Positions 24,577 to 34,662 of a stretch of DNA of 40,083 nucleotides are shown piece by piece (positions within the stretch are counted from its first letter, which is position 1; each line of letters begins with the position of its first letter). A program made the position numbers and the translations under genes. The notes beneath the pieces are model-generated. The model ran no database searches and was not told the DNA's origin. It saw only the letters and a program-made list of their open reading frames with translations. This stretch comes from a virus (Duplodnaviria; Caudoviricetes): IMG/VR virus record IMGVR_UViG_3300005077_000081, positions 1 to 40,083 of that record; one strand, written 5' to 3'.

Positions 24577-27505
24577 TCCAAGCGGCGCACAAAGAGGCGC
24601 GATAACCGCAAGCAACAGCATAAAATCAATCGGGGAACAGGCAACAACGTCAACCGCTCATGTCAGAACGTTTGACAAGTCTTTAGATAACATCAAGTCA
24701 ACTTCGCTTAACGTTGCGCGTTCAATCGCAACTATGGCCGGTGCTTTTTCCGCTGCGATGATTATACGTGATTTAACACGTACGGCCATAGGCTTTGAAG
24801 CCTCGATGAGCGAACTGCAGTCGGTCACACGGGCAAACGCCGAAGCAATGAAGGCAATGAGCGATGAAGCCCGCAAGATGGGCGCAGAGACGAAATATAG
24901 CGCTTCAGAAGCATCTGAATCTTTGACGTTTTTAGCCCGTGCTGGCTTTGCCGTTCAGGACGCAATAGCCGCTTTGCCTTCTACGTTGAATCTTGCCGCC
25001 GCTGGTATGCTTTCGCTTGGTGAGGCTGGCGATGTCGCATCAAATGTATTATCACAGTTCAACCTAAAAGCGTCACAAATGAACCGCGTTTCTGATGTAA
25101 TGGTTCAGACGGCGAATAACGCGAATACAAACGTTCGAATGCTCGCGGAGTCTTTCAATTATGTCGGTCCTATTGCTGGATCATTGGGAAAATCGATAGA
25201 GGAAACGGCGGCGGCTGTTGGTGTTCTTGGAAATAGCGGCATACAGGCTTCGCAAGCTGGTACGAATTTGCGCGGTATTTTGGCTTCGTTGCTTGATCCA
25301 ACAGCAGAAGCTAGAGATGCAATTGCTGAACTTGGTCTAAAAGTCGAAGAGCTAAACCCTGCCACAAATAGCTTGTCAACGATTTTCAGCAAATTGCACG
25401 GCGCAATGATGAATCCGACCCAAGCGCTACAAATTTTCAACAAGCTGAATGCCGCGAGCGCAATTATTCTTGCTGGAAACGTTGACGCGCTAGACAAGTT
25501 GACAGAAGCGAATTATGCGGCGGCTGGCGCGGCCGAAAAAGCGGCAAAGGTTATGAGCGACAACCTCGCAGGTTCGCTTAAAACGCTTCGATCTACGATT
25601 GAAGAGGTTTATTTAAAGGTTGGCGAATCTGGTTTTACTGGAGAAATACGGCATAGCGTTGACGTTATAACAGAAGCGATAAGAATTTATTCCGGGATGT
25701 CGAACGGCGTTAATGAGCTTGGCGGCTCGGCTGAACAACTTATCGGAACAATTGAGGCGCTAATCGCAACGTTTGCGGCGATGAAAGCGGCGCAATTTGC
25801 TGGCTTTTTACATACAGCCGCAATTGAAATGACAACGGTGGGACGCGCGGCTATAACGGCAACTTATCAAGTTAATGCGTTATCCGTTGCTATGAATATG
25901 CAAGCGGCAACGGCTTCAGTTAGTGGACTTGCAGCGGCATGGCGCGGATTAACTATTGCCATAGGTACTAACCCTCTTGGCGCATTGATAACCGCGCTTG
26001 GAATTGCAGGAACCGCCTTTGCATTATTTGGAAAGCACACTAACGAAGCAACCGATGCAATGCGACGATTCAAACAGGCAACGGCTGACGTTGACTCGCT
26101 TGTAGAAAGTTTTCAAAAGCAAGTTTTTGCATACCAAGAAGACGCAGCGGAAGGCGCTTTAAAGTACGCCCTTGACGGCTCAAAGTCAATTCTTGCGGCG
26201 TATAAAAACATTATACGCGAAATTCAGTTTTCCTTCGAAAAGCTTAATAAAACCGAAATATCGTTTGATAATTTAAAGAAGCTTAGTAGCACTGGGCTCG
26301 CAGGATTCGAGGTTGAAAAGTTTGGCAAGCAATATTGGACTAAGTTTTATGAGCAGCTTCTGACCGCGCAAAATTCAGCCGATGTTTCATCTGTTATGGA
26401 AAGCGCTCGAAAATATTTTGCCTTTCCAGAGTTTACACCGACTCCACCAACAATAGCATCGGGTGGCGGTCCGTCGGCCATATTAACCGATTCGATGAGA
26501 TTCCAATCGGATATGAAGGCCGCCTTAAATTTGATGGACAAGTTTACTCTGGTAAATATTGATTCTCAGGATGCGCTTGAAGCATTGGAAGCGGTTTTAA
26601 AATTAACCAGCGAGCAGGTTAAAGATTTTGACGATGCAATGCGCGATGCAACAGAAAATGAGCAAAAAGCCACTGACGTACAAACAAATCATAATAAGGT
26701 TAGAATAACTACAACAAAGCTTGCTCATGAAGAGGCCGCGGCATTAAGAAATTTAAATAAAGAGCGCGAAGATTCGTTCCAAAAGCTCAAAGCGGATTTG
26801 GAATTGCAAAATCAGCTTGTCGGAAAAACGGACATTCAAAAAAGGCTTGCTATTTTGCAAAGGGAATCTGGTGCAAGTTATACGCCGACGCAGCTTGAAG
26901 AAATAAAAGCGCTTCTTGCTCAAAACGAAATACTTGAAAGAGCGGAACAACTTGGCGCAGGAATTGGAAATGCGTTTGGCAATGCGTTTGAAAAAATCTT
27001 GTTCGATGGGGCGTCATTTAAGGAAGCAATGAAATCCTTATTTTCCGATTTATTGCGCCAGCTTTATCAACAGCTTGTAGTTAGCGCGTTTGTTAAAATG
27101 TTTTCAAATTTATTCGTTGGTGCTGTTGGCGGCGGTTCTCCTGAAGTAACAAACCCTGGACCTAATACAACAAATATAGGACTTGAAGTACCAAGCGCAA
27201 GAGGAAACGCTTTCTTTGGCGGCGAAGTTATCCCGATGGGTACGGGTGGAATTATAGATAGACCGACTTTATTCAACATGAGCGGCAACAAAAGAGCGTT
27301 AGTTGGAGAAATGGGAAATGAGGCTGTCATGCCTTTGACAAGAGACTCAAGAGGGAGGCTTGCCGTTCACGCGAAAGGATCGGAAGGAAATAATAGGATA
27401 ATAAATCTAACGATGAACGTAAACGGCGTGTCAAATGCTGATAGCTTCAGACTAAACGAAAGATCCATTTTGAAAAGAATCGATAGAAGTTTGAGGGATG
27501 CGTAA
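24551..27505 (+). CDS. Tape measure protein (TP901-type core)
   Basis: TKYSASEASESLTFLARAGF, GIQASQAGTNLR, MSDNLAGSLK; C-terminal ARGNAF..GGIIDRPTLF..GEMGNEAVMPL. Confidence 0.95.
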   Translation: MPTLKVSVDPSGAQRGAITASNSIKSIGEQATTSTAHVRTFDKSLDNIKSTSLNVARSIATMAGAFSAAMIIRDLTRTAIGFEASMSELQSVTRANAEAMKAMSDEARKMGAETKYSASEASESLTFLARAGFAVQDAIAALPSTLNLAAAGMLSLGEAGDVASNVLSQFNLKASQMNRVSDVMVQTANNANTNVRMLAESFNYVGPIAGSLGKSIEETAAAVGVLGNSGIQASQAGTNLRGILASLLDPTAEARDAIAELGLKVEELNPATNSLSTIFSKLHGAMMNPTQALQIFNKLNAASAIILAGNVDALDKLTEANYAAAGAAEKAAKVMSDNLAGSLKTLRSTIEEVYLKVGESGFTGEIRHSVDVITEAIRIYSGMSNGVNELGGSAEQLIGTIEALIATFAAMKAAQFAGFLHTAAIEMTTVGRAAITATYQVNALSVAMNMQAATASVSGLAAAWRGLTIAIGTNPLGALITALGIAGTAFALFGKHTNEATDAMRRFKQATADVDSLVESFQKQVFAYQEDAAEGALKYALDGSKSILAAYKNIIREIQFSFEKLNKTEISFDNLKKLSSTGLAGFEVEKFGKQYWTKFYEQLLTAQNSADVSSVMESARKYFAFPEFTPTPPTIASGGGPSAILTDSMRFQSDMKAALNLMDKFTLVNIDSQDALEALEAVLKLTSEQVKDFDDAMRDATENEQKATDVQTNHNKVRITTTKLAHEEAAALRNLNKEREDSFQKLKADLELQNQLVGKTDIQKRLAILQRESGASYTPTQLEEIKALLAQNEILERAEQLGAGIGNAFGNAFEKILFDGASFKEAMKSLFSDLLRQLYQQLVVSAFVKMFSNLFVGAVGGGSPEVTNPGPNTTNIGLEVPSARGNAFFGGEVIPMGTGGIIDRPTLFNMSGNKRALVGEMGNEAVMPLTRDSRGRLAVHAKGSEGNNRIINLTMNVNGVSNADSFRLNERSILKRIDRSLRDA

Positions 27506-28533
27506 TGGCTTTTCATAATTTAGCGATATTTCCTACAGATATATCGGAGGGGTCTACCTGCTTGCTTGCTGGAAATGTTACTGTTTTACGAAACAGAAAA
27601 GGACTTGAGTATCGAGCTTCGCCTTGGAATAGGCAGCTTCAAACGTATGACATTAGATATGGATTAAGGAAAGCAGAAGATGTTTTAAATGTTATTCGAT
27701 TCTATTCCTCTAGAAACGGATCTGAACACAGTTTCAAATTCAAAGATCCCATTGATAATACAACCGCCGCTGATGGGGTTTCGTCTCCTACAAATTTGGA
27801 TGAATATTGGTTTCAGGCTTCAGCAGACGCAAGCGGCGATTATTTATATCATCAGCTGTTTAAAACATATTCTGATAACGGGTTTGATAAGAAAATTCCA
27901 ATCCGCTGCCCGATAGCCGCTACTGTAACAATTTTAAAAAACGGAGCAATAAGTCTTACTCAAGGAACCGATTATTCAGTTAACGAATCTTCAGGAAAGA
28001 TAACGTTTGTTTCTGGAAGATTTGTTAAAGGAGATATTTTAACCTTTGGTTGCTCTTTCTACACTCCTGTAAGGTTCGATGAGCAAAGCAATATTTCATT
28101 GCTTGAAAATATATCGGATTGGAACGACAGGGAATTGCCCGAAATAAGATTAATAGAGGCTGATTATAACGCCGTTCCTCCCTATGCTGAATATAAAGAG
28201 TTTTATAATCCTGGAGGCGCTGTAAATTGGGGAAGCATTTCTAAAAATATAATGGTTTCTCCGGTGCAAGGCAGAGCGCATTATATAATTCCAACAGCAA
28301 ACATTAAGGTGTTTATACCTTGCGTAAATTGCCTTCCATCTGGTTACGATATTTTAGCGATAATAAATGCAGGGCTTTCTCCATTTTATACCATTAGTAT
28401 CTATGATGTTTCTCAACCTACAACGCTCTTGGGAACTGTATTGAATAATTACTATCCTAAAACAGCGCATTGCCATATTGTAGAATCTTCTACACTAGAT
28501 CGCAAGGCGCGCAAATGGGTGATTTGGTCATGA
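27505..28533 (+). CDS. Distal tail protein, DUF2460-like, copy 1, with C-terminal extra domain
   Basis: MAFH..IFPTDIS.GS, FY..R.G...FKFKDP.D, F.TPVRFD. Confidence 0.8.
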   Translation: MAFHNLAIFPTDISEGSTCLLAGNVTVLRNRKGLEYRASPWNRQLQTYDIRYGLRKAEDVLNVIRFYSSRNGSEHSFKFKDPIDNTTAADGVSSPTNLDEYWFQASADASGDYLYHQLFKTYSDNGFDKKIPIRCPIAATVTILKNGAISLTQGTDYSVNESSGKITFVSGRFVKGDILTFGCSFYTPVRFDEQSNISLLENISDWNDRELPEIRLIEADYNAVPPYAEYKEFYNPGGAVNWGSISKNIMVSPVQGRAHYIIPTANIKVFIPCVNCLPSGYDILAIINAGLSPFYTISIYDVSQPTTLLGTVLNNYYPKTAHCHIVESSTLDRKARKWVIWS

Positions 28534-29534
28534 CTTTTCACGAAGCGGCTATTTTTCCAGATTGGATTGACTACGGAAGTTCTGGAGCGGTTAACGCCGA
28601 CACCTTGTTCAGAAAATTCGATAACAAAACAGCGCTATCAAAATCCGTGCGCTTGTCTCATAGAAGACAATATTTTGTAAAAAAGGCGACTTTAGATTAT
28701 TCCGATCTTTTGACGTTGAAAAAGTTTTTTATAGCCCGCGAGGCTTCATTATACGGGTTTCGGTTGCTTGACAAAAACTTTTGTTCAACCGCTGACGATG
28801 GATTTTCAGAGCCGAACTATGATGAATACACTGGCGATTGGGTTGGATCAACGGATTATATCACCAATGTTTTATGCTATCCTTTAAAGTTATCTTTAAA
28901 TTCAGCTTATTATTCAGGCCAGACATTTTACGTAACAAAGCCAATATTTGGAACGATACAAATAAAAGATTCGTTCGTCGGCTTGCTTACAGAGGGAACG
29001 GATTATACGATAAATTATTCTGCTGGATACGTTATTTTTCACACTCTACCAAGCGCGTTTGGTTTTACATGGGCTGGAAAGTTTCATATTCCAGTAAGAT
29101 TTTCAACTGAAACTGGGCGTAATTTATCGCTCGATTTAGACAATCCAACTCTCGGCGCATTTAAAATATCCATGGAAGAACTGCCTACAACGGTAAATGA
29201 ATATTCTATGGTTTGTTGTCGCGGAAACCATCCTTATGGCGGGGGCATTTCAGATAGCTTTGGACTTGATGAGTATGTTCTTAGAAAAAATTCGCGCGTG
29301 TTTGAGCTTGTTTCAAACAATTCTGGAGACATAGCTGAATATCCTATTCCTTCGGATTCCGAGCGCGGCGGCGTTTTTCAATTTGTAAAAAACAACTCCT
29401 CTTCCACCTACAATTTTACAATACGGAGTTCTGATGACCAATTTTCAAGAACTCTTACAATCGGTGAAGCGCTTATGATATTCTATAGAGGTGTTGGGGG
29501 ATGGGGCGTCGATTATTGGTATGACCAGGTGTAA
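28530..29534 (+). CDS. Distal tail protein, DUF2460-like, copy 2, with C-terminal extra domain
   Basis: Start moved to ATG 28530 (ATGA overlap); MTFHEAAIFPDWIDYGSSG, FFIAR...GFRLLD, FHIPVRF. Confidence 0.75.
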   Translation: MTFHEAAIFPDWIDYGSSGAVNADTLFRKFDNKTALSKSVRLSHRRQYFVKKATLDYSDLLTLKKFFIAREASLYGFRLLDKNFCSTADDGFSEPNYDEYTGDWVGSTDYITNVLCYPLKLSLNSAYYSGQTFYVTKPIFGTIQIKDSFVGLLTEGTDYTINYSAGYVIFHTLPSAFGFTWAGKFHIPVRFSTETGRNLSLDLDNPTLGAFKISMEELPTTVNEYSMVCCRGNHPYGGGISDSFGLDEYVLRKNSRVFELVSNNSGDIAEYPIPSDSERGGVFQFVKNNSSSTYNFTIRSSDDQFSRTLTIGEALMIFYRGVGGWGVDYWYDQV

Positions 29535-29536
29535 TT

Positions 29537-29884
29537 ATGATAGTACAAGATTTTTATGGACCTTACAAAGAAGTTACAACGGGTTCAACCTATAGAGCAA
29601 TTCCTGGCGATGCGCGCTATTTACGTATTTCTCCAACAACAAATATTGATCTTATTTTGCCGTTTTCAGATGTTAATTTTTTAAAGACCGGAGGCCCGCA
29701 TTTCTTTATAGTAAATACATCGGTATCCTATCAAATTTCAGTTAAAAGATACATTCTTAACGATCTTGTGTGCATCGTTCCGGCTGCTCCTGGTGGCGGC
29801 GATAAATATGGGGTTATGCTTTGGCTGATAGAAAATTCATCGTGGGGGCTGTGGTCGTATTCAATTTATAGGAATATTCCATAG
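29537..29884 (+). CDS. Tail tip accessory protein resembling the Dit C-terminal extra domain
   Basis: FYG...ARYLRISPT..IDLILP...LKTGGPHFFIVN parallels the C-termini of both upstream genes. Confidence 0.6.
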   Translation: MIVQDFYGPYKEVTTGSTYRAIPGDARYLRISPTTNIDLILPFSDVNFLKTGGPHFFIVNTSVSYQISVKRYILNDLVCIVPAAPGGGDKYGVMLWLIENSSWGLWSYSIYRNIP

Positions 29885-29892
29885 GTGATAAA

Positions 29893-30744
29893 ATGTTATA
29901 CCAAGGCTTATCGGTTTTTTCGCGTCTTTCGGAACATTCCCAAAGACTCTGCTCTTGCTACAACATAGAACCCGATTGGGAAAATGCCGATTACGATCAT
30001 TATTTAACAGATCATGATAGCGCACTTATTATTAATAATGTTGTTTTCGAACCAATGGGGTTTGGTGCTGCGAAATCGTTATCTTCAAGCCTTGGTTTAA
30101 ATCCTTCTACGACTTCGGCTCTTGGCGTGTTGCAATCTGACAAGATAAAAGACGAAGATATTAAGCGCGGGATTTATGATGGAGCGACTATCACGCACAG
30201 GATAGTTGATTGGAAATACCCTTGGGCTGGCGCAGTGGAAGAAAACGTTTTCACGATAGGGAAAATAACATTTGATAGCGAATATTGGAGCGTCGAGTTA
30301 AACGGTTTGATTCATAAGCTTGAAAAAACAGTTGGCGTTGTAACGTCCAAGATGTGCAGGTACATTTACGGAGGATCTGAATTTTGCAGAGCAACGCAGG
30401 GTTCAACGGCAACGACCGTTACTACAGGCGGGTATAAAAACAAAGTGCGGGCAACTGGGCTAAATCAAGCGGATACGTATTATAAGAATTCAATGTTAAA
30501 ATGGACAAGCGGCGACAACAAAAACTTAAAGTCTTACATTAAATCCTGGGATAACGTCAACAAATGGCTTGTGTTTTATAACGAGTTGCCTTTTGCGGCA
30601 ACAACCGGTGATGGATTTACTATTTATCAGAAATGCAATCGTGCTTTTTCAGATTGCGTTATATATGGAAACTCAGGAAACTTTGGCGGGGAACAAGAAA
30701 TAATTGGAACGAACGAACTGATAAAAGGCGTTGATACAATATGA
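29893..30744 (+). CDS. Baseplate hub protein (DUF2163 / BR0599-like)
   Basis: LTDHDSAL, DIKRGIYDGA, CRY..G...C, C.R....C...GN..NFGG conserved cysteines. Confidence 0.88.
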   Translation: MLYQGLSVFSRLSEHSQRLCSCYNIEPDWENADYDHYLTDHDSALIINNVVFEPMGFGAAKSLSSSLGLNPSTTSALGVLQSDKIKDEDIKRGIYDGATITHRIVDWKYPWAGAVEENVFTIGKITFDSEYWSVELNGLIHKLEKTVGVVTSKMCRYIYGGSEFCRATQGSTATTVTTGGYKNKVRATGLNQADTYYKNSMLKWTSGDNKNLKSYIKSWDNVNKWLVFYNELPFAATTGDGFTIYQKCNRAFSDCVIYGNSGNFGGEQEIIGTNELIKGVDTI

Positions 30745-31172
30745 GCATGAAACGATTGTTTGTTGAAATGGCTCGAACAGAATTAAATACGCCGTTTCAT
30801 CACCAAGGCAGAGCATCAAAAACGGGCCTTGATTGTATAGGTCTTCTTGTTATATCTGCATTGAAATGCGGCATAGAATTGCATGATTTTATAACATATA
30901 AAAGAAGACCGGACGGAAGACTATTAAGCATTTTGCGAAATCACCCACAGCTAAAAGAGCGAGAAATAGAAGACTTAGAAGAGGGAGATATCTGCGTTTT
31001 CAACGATGACAAAACAGGGTTGCCATGGCATGTTGCAATAAAAACAAATATTGGTTTAATTCACGCCATGACAAGTTTTGCGTCTAAGTCTACAAAAAAA
31101 GTGGTCGAACATGAATTTACCGATAAGCACGAAAAGGCGCTATGCGCTGTTTTTGAATTGAGGGATTTATAA
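30741..31172 (+). CDS. NlpC/P60 tail-associated peptidase
   Basis: TPFHHQGR...GLDCIGL, GDICVF, HVAI...IHA catalytic Cys/His/His. Confidence 0.92.
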   Translation: MSMKRLFVEMARTELNTPFHHQGRASKTGLDCIGLLVISALKCGIELHDFITYKRRPDGRLLSILRNHPQLKEREIEDLEEGDICVFNDDKTGLPWHVAIKTNIGLIHAMTSFASKSTKKVVEHEFTDKHEKALCAVFELRDL

Positions 31173-33853
31173 TGGCGACTTTAGCTCTTGCGGGAGTTGC
31201 GTTAATTCCTGGCGTTAATATAGCCGCTCCTGTTTTATTTGGTTTGGGGATGCTTACATCATTCGTTGATGCAAGATATATAATGCCAAATCTTTTTCCT
31301 GCTGATGCGCCTAAAAACGATCCTGACAATATGGAAAAGATTTCAATAACAACTTCATCAGAAGGAGCGAGTTTACCTTATTCGATAGGAAAATATAATT
31401 TCATTCCTGGCGTTATTGTTGCGCGTTCTATTCCTACTTATCAAACTGATGGGGATCTTGAAGCTACAATCGGAAAAGGCGGCGGCGGCGGCGACAGGCC
31501 TAGCATACCACCACAAAAAAGATGGTATGCTGACGTTGCTGTATGCTTTGGGGAAAGAGAAACTTGCCCTGATTCTTATGGTTCTGCTCGCGCAATAGAT
31601 GACATTTTGACTCTTCGAGCAAACGGAAGATTGATATGGGCAAAAGAACTAACGGTTTCCCAAGCGTCGAATCAAATAGGAAACCTATTTCTTTACGCTG
31701 GAATTTATCCTTATACTATTTTTGCTCCTTATCCTCACGATGACATTAATTTTAATGAGTTTGTTGATGGGTATAGCGTTACAATTTCGGGCTGGCAAAA
31801 CTCGAATAATAACGGCACGGCGAAATTGCTGTATACTTACGTAGACGCAACGCAGCAATACATGGTGTTGGACAAATACGGGTATGTTGAACCCGCAGGA
31901 ACGCCAACCGTAACCGTTTATCAATCGATAACAGGATATAAAGCGGAAATGATGACAACCGCGCCTCATATATACAAGGGCGGGTCAAGTCAATCGCTTG
32001 ATGCAAGCGACCCGATGAGGTATGGTGAAGTTTACTGGAACAACTATAGGCATAGGGTTGTTGTTTCGTTTGCAGGATTGCAACTAACACAATTTTCAAA
32101 CTCTTTGCCGCGCTTTGAAGCCGAATTAGTGGCAGATAACGATGAGTCTTTTACTTATCGGCAAGCAATAACTGAATTAATAGGAAGAGGAAAAGAATCT
32201 ACTTTTGTAAACGTTGATGACGTTGACGAATATCGGTTTATCAAAGGCTATACTGTTTACGGCCAGCGTAAAATATCTCAAACGTTACAACCTTTAATGC
32301 TCGCGGGAAATATTTTGTGTCAGGAAAGCGGATCTGAATTAAGGTTTTTCAGCAGAGAAAACGCGGATTCAGTTGTAATTGCAGAAGACGACTTAGGGTG
32401 CTCTGATGATGAAACAAAAATAGAGCCGTTGTATGAAATAATAAGGGAAGAGGTAACGGGTAAAATTCCGAGATCGGTAGCGGTAGAGTTTTTTAACATT
32501 CATAACAACAACGAAAAAGCAACGGCGATAGAACATATCGATTTAAACTTTATCGGCCAAACAACGAAAATAGGCGACGATCAAAAGTATGAAATACCTA
32601 TTTCAATGTCGCTGGCAGAGGCAAGCGCTATAGCAAAGCGATTGTTGTTTATGCACTTTGCCGATCAAACAACCATAAAAATAGCAGTCGATTTTAAATA
32701 CTCAAGGGTATTGCCTGGAGACGTTGTAACTTTTATTTCTAATGGCGAAAGCTATAAGTTTATTGTTAAGACAAAGGAGCGCGGTTGCAACGGGTTAATC
32801 ATATTATCAGGCCCGACTGTTTTTACAGAATTGGATTCTATAACATGGTCAGATCAAGAAGCCAATAGATTTCTGTCTGAAGAAATAACAGGACCGGGAA
32901 TTTATGATTTTGACATTCTTGACTTTGCGCCGTTTACGGATGATGCTGCATTTAAAACTGGGTTATATTTCTATGCTGGTAAGCTTGTGCGCGGTCAAAA
33001 ATGGAAGGGTTGCGCTGTTTTCGAAAGTACCGATGATTCCGATTATTTTCAGGTTGCGCAACTTCCGATTTCGGCATATTGCGGAAGATGCAAAGAGGCG
33101 CTTGGAGGTAGCATTAATCCAGCACAATGGGATGATGTTAACACGGTTGATATATGTTTAACCGAAGGAGAACTCGAAAGCATTACAGATTCAGAATGCA
33201 TTGACGGAAAAAATAGGATTGCCATTAAAACCAGCGAGGGCTGGGAAGTTATTGGGTTTGTTAATGCCGTTTTGCAATATGACCCGAACACTCCAAATTT
33301 GGTTTATAGGTTATCTCGATTGATTCGCGGTTTGTGCAACACGGAAGCGGAAATTGATAATCATGAAGATTACTCTAAGTTTATAATATTAAACGGGCCT
33401 GGAATTTATTTTCATCGATTGAATCAAAGAAGACATAAAGCGGACTTTTTTTACAAATGTGTTCCGGTTGGCGGCGATGAATCTGATTATGCTGGAGTAG
33501 AGCATAATCATGCGCTTGGCACAGTTAGACCTTATGCGCCATGCCAAATAACAGGCGTTAGAGACGGTTCGAATAATCTTACAATAAGTTGGATGTACCG
33601 TTCAAGGCATATAACGAGGCAATATGCAGCGCGGAAGCCAATGATTGATGCTCCAGAAACGTATAAACTACAAATATGGAATTCGGGAAGAACAGCTAAG
33701 CTCAGGGAATGGATATTAAATTCGACTTCTCAAGAATATACGGCAGCACAACAAACAACAGACGGTTTAACTCCTGGCGATGACGTTACCATTTCTCTGT
33801 TTCAGGTAAGCCCGATTATAGGCGATGGAATTGAAGCACAGGAAATTATATGA
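31172..33853 (+). CDS. Central tail / host-specificity protein (RcGTA gp15-like)
   Basis: SSEGASLP...G, QFSNSLPRFEAE, WEVIGFVNA...YRLSRLIRGL.NTE, LTISW..RSR; follows NlpC/P60. Confidence 0.85.
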   Translation: MATLALAGVALIPGVNIAAPVLFGLGMLTSFVDARYIMPNLFPADAPKNDPDNMEKISITTSSEGASLPYSIGKYNFIPGVIVARSIPTYQTDGDLEATIGKGGGGGDRPSIPPQKRWYADVAVCFGERETCPDSYGSARAIDDILTLRANGRLIWAKELTVSQASNQIGNLFLYAGIYPYTIFAPYPHDDINFNEFVDGYSVTISGWQNSNNNGTAKLLYTYVDATQQYMVLDKYGYVEPAGTPTVTVYQSITGYKAEMMTTAPHIYKGGSSQSLDASDPMRYGEVYWNNYRHRVVVSFAGLQLTQFSNSLPRFEAELVADNDESFTYRQAITELIGRGKESTFVNVDDVDEYRFIKGYTVYGQRKISQTLQPLMLAGNILCQESGSELRFFSRENADSVVIAEDDLGCSDDETKIEPLYEIIREEVTGKIPRSVAVEFFNIHNNNEKATAIEHIDLNFIGQTTKIGDDQKYEIPISMSLAEASAIAKRLLFMHFADQTTIKIAVDFKYSRVLPGDVVTFISNGESYKFIVKTKERGCNGLIILSGPTVFTELDSITWSDQEANRFLSEEITGPGIYDFDILDFAPFTDDAAFKTGLYFYAGKLVRGQKWKGCAVFESTDDSDYFQVAQLPISAYCGRCKEALGGSINPAQWDDVNTVDICLTEGELESITDSECIDGKNRIAIKTSEGWEVIGFVNAVLQYDPNTPNLVYRLSRLIRGLCNTEAEIDNHEDYSKFIILNGPGIYFHRLNQRRHKADFFYKCVPVGGDESDYAGVEHNHALGTVRPYAPCQITGVRDGSNNLTISWMYRSRHITRQYAARKPMIDAPETYKLQIWNSGRTAKLREWILNSTSQEYTAAQQTTDGLTPGDDVTISLFQVSPIIGDGIEAQEII

Positions 33854-33865
33854 AAGGTTAATTAA

Positions 33866-34534
33866 ATGGCGCTTTCACCAAAGGGAGGATTTTCTTATCA
33901 CGTTGTTGGTGAAGGATCTTCCGAAGTTGTGACGAATAACAACCTGTTCCGCTCGGATTCGCTCATTGGCGGCGGGATCAAAATTCTTGATAGAGATTTG
34001 ACGGCACCTCCGGGAAGCGAATCTGAAGGTGACGTATATTTAATTGCATCTGGAGCAACCGGCGATTGGAGCGGCAAATCCGGGAAGCTTGCGTGTTATA
34101 CTGGAAGCGGATACGTTTATATTGATCCCGCTGGCGGTATGCGCGCATTTATAGTTGATGAAAAAATAGAAGTTGGATATTCAAGCGTTGAATCGGCATG
34201 GTATCCAATTCAAGAAATTTGGAGCGCGACAGAACATTGGACGGGAAGGTATTCTCGCACTGGAGAAAAAATATACAGCAAATGCCTTGCGACAGGATCG
34301 CTGCCAAATCGTACTACGTCAACCGTTGCGCACGGAATTACTAATCTGGATATCGATAACCATGTGCAAATAACGGGCTACTATTATCAATCTTCTACTC
34401 CATCGTCATTATACATGCTTCCAGGCTACTATATTCAGCCATTCCTAACCTCGACAAACCTCTCGATATACGCCGCCGTTGATGCTTCGGCCTTTGAAGG
34501 ATACGCGCGGCTCGAATACTGCAAAACGGCATAA
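33866..34534 (+). CDS. DUF2793-domain tail fibre / receptor-binding protein
   Basis: DLTAPPGS..EGDVYLIASGATGDWSGK.G.LA signature; C-terminal EHWTG...KIYSK...LEYCKT domain. Confidence 0.85.
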   Translation: MALSPKGGFSYHVVGEGSSEVVTNNNLFRSDSLIGGGIKILDRDLTAPPGSESEGDVYLIASGATGDWSGKSGKLACYTGSGYVYIDPAGGMRAFIVDEKIEVGYSSVESAWYPIQEIWSATEHWTGRYSRTGEKIYSKCLATGSLPNRTTSTVAHGITNLDIDNHVQITGYYYQSSTPSSLYMLPGYYIQPFLTSTNLSIYAAVDASAFEGYARLEYCKTA

Positions 34535-34584
34535 GTCGTTTATTTGCAAGCCATTGACCTTTGTTTAAAAAACTAAAAAAATTT

Positions 34585-34626
34585 CAGGTTTTATCTTGAT
34601 TCGCTCGATAAAAAGAATAGGATAAT
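34585..34626 (+). promoter_or_regulatory. Putative sigma70-type early promoter
   Basis: TTGATT 34596-34601, 16 nt, TAGGAT 34618-34623 (overlapping GATAAT); upstream CAGGTTTT and A-tract; marks the late/early boundary. Confidence 0.5.
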
Positions 34627-34662
34627 GACGTTGATTGATACTTTTCATTTAAGGAGCAAAAA

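Noticed and set aside
34370-34534. 3' end of the DUF2793 fibre gene looks like a possible DGR variable region (Tyr/Ser-rich, altered codon style)
   Set aside because: No reverse transcriptase, no adenine-variant template repeat and no downstream hairpin were found in the window; it can only be tested on the full genome.
34530-34560. TAAGTCGTTTATTTGCAAGCCATTG as a possible dif-like or att site at the late/early boundary
   Set aside because: Only one arm resembles a palindromic recombinase site, and no integrase is present in the window.
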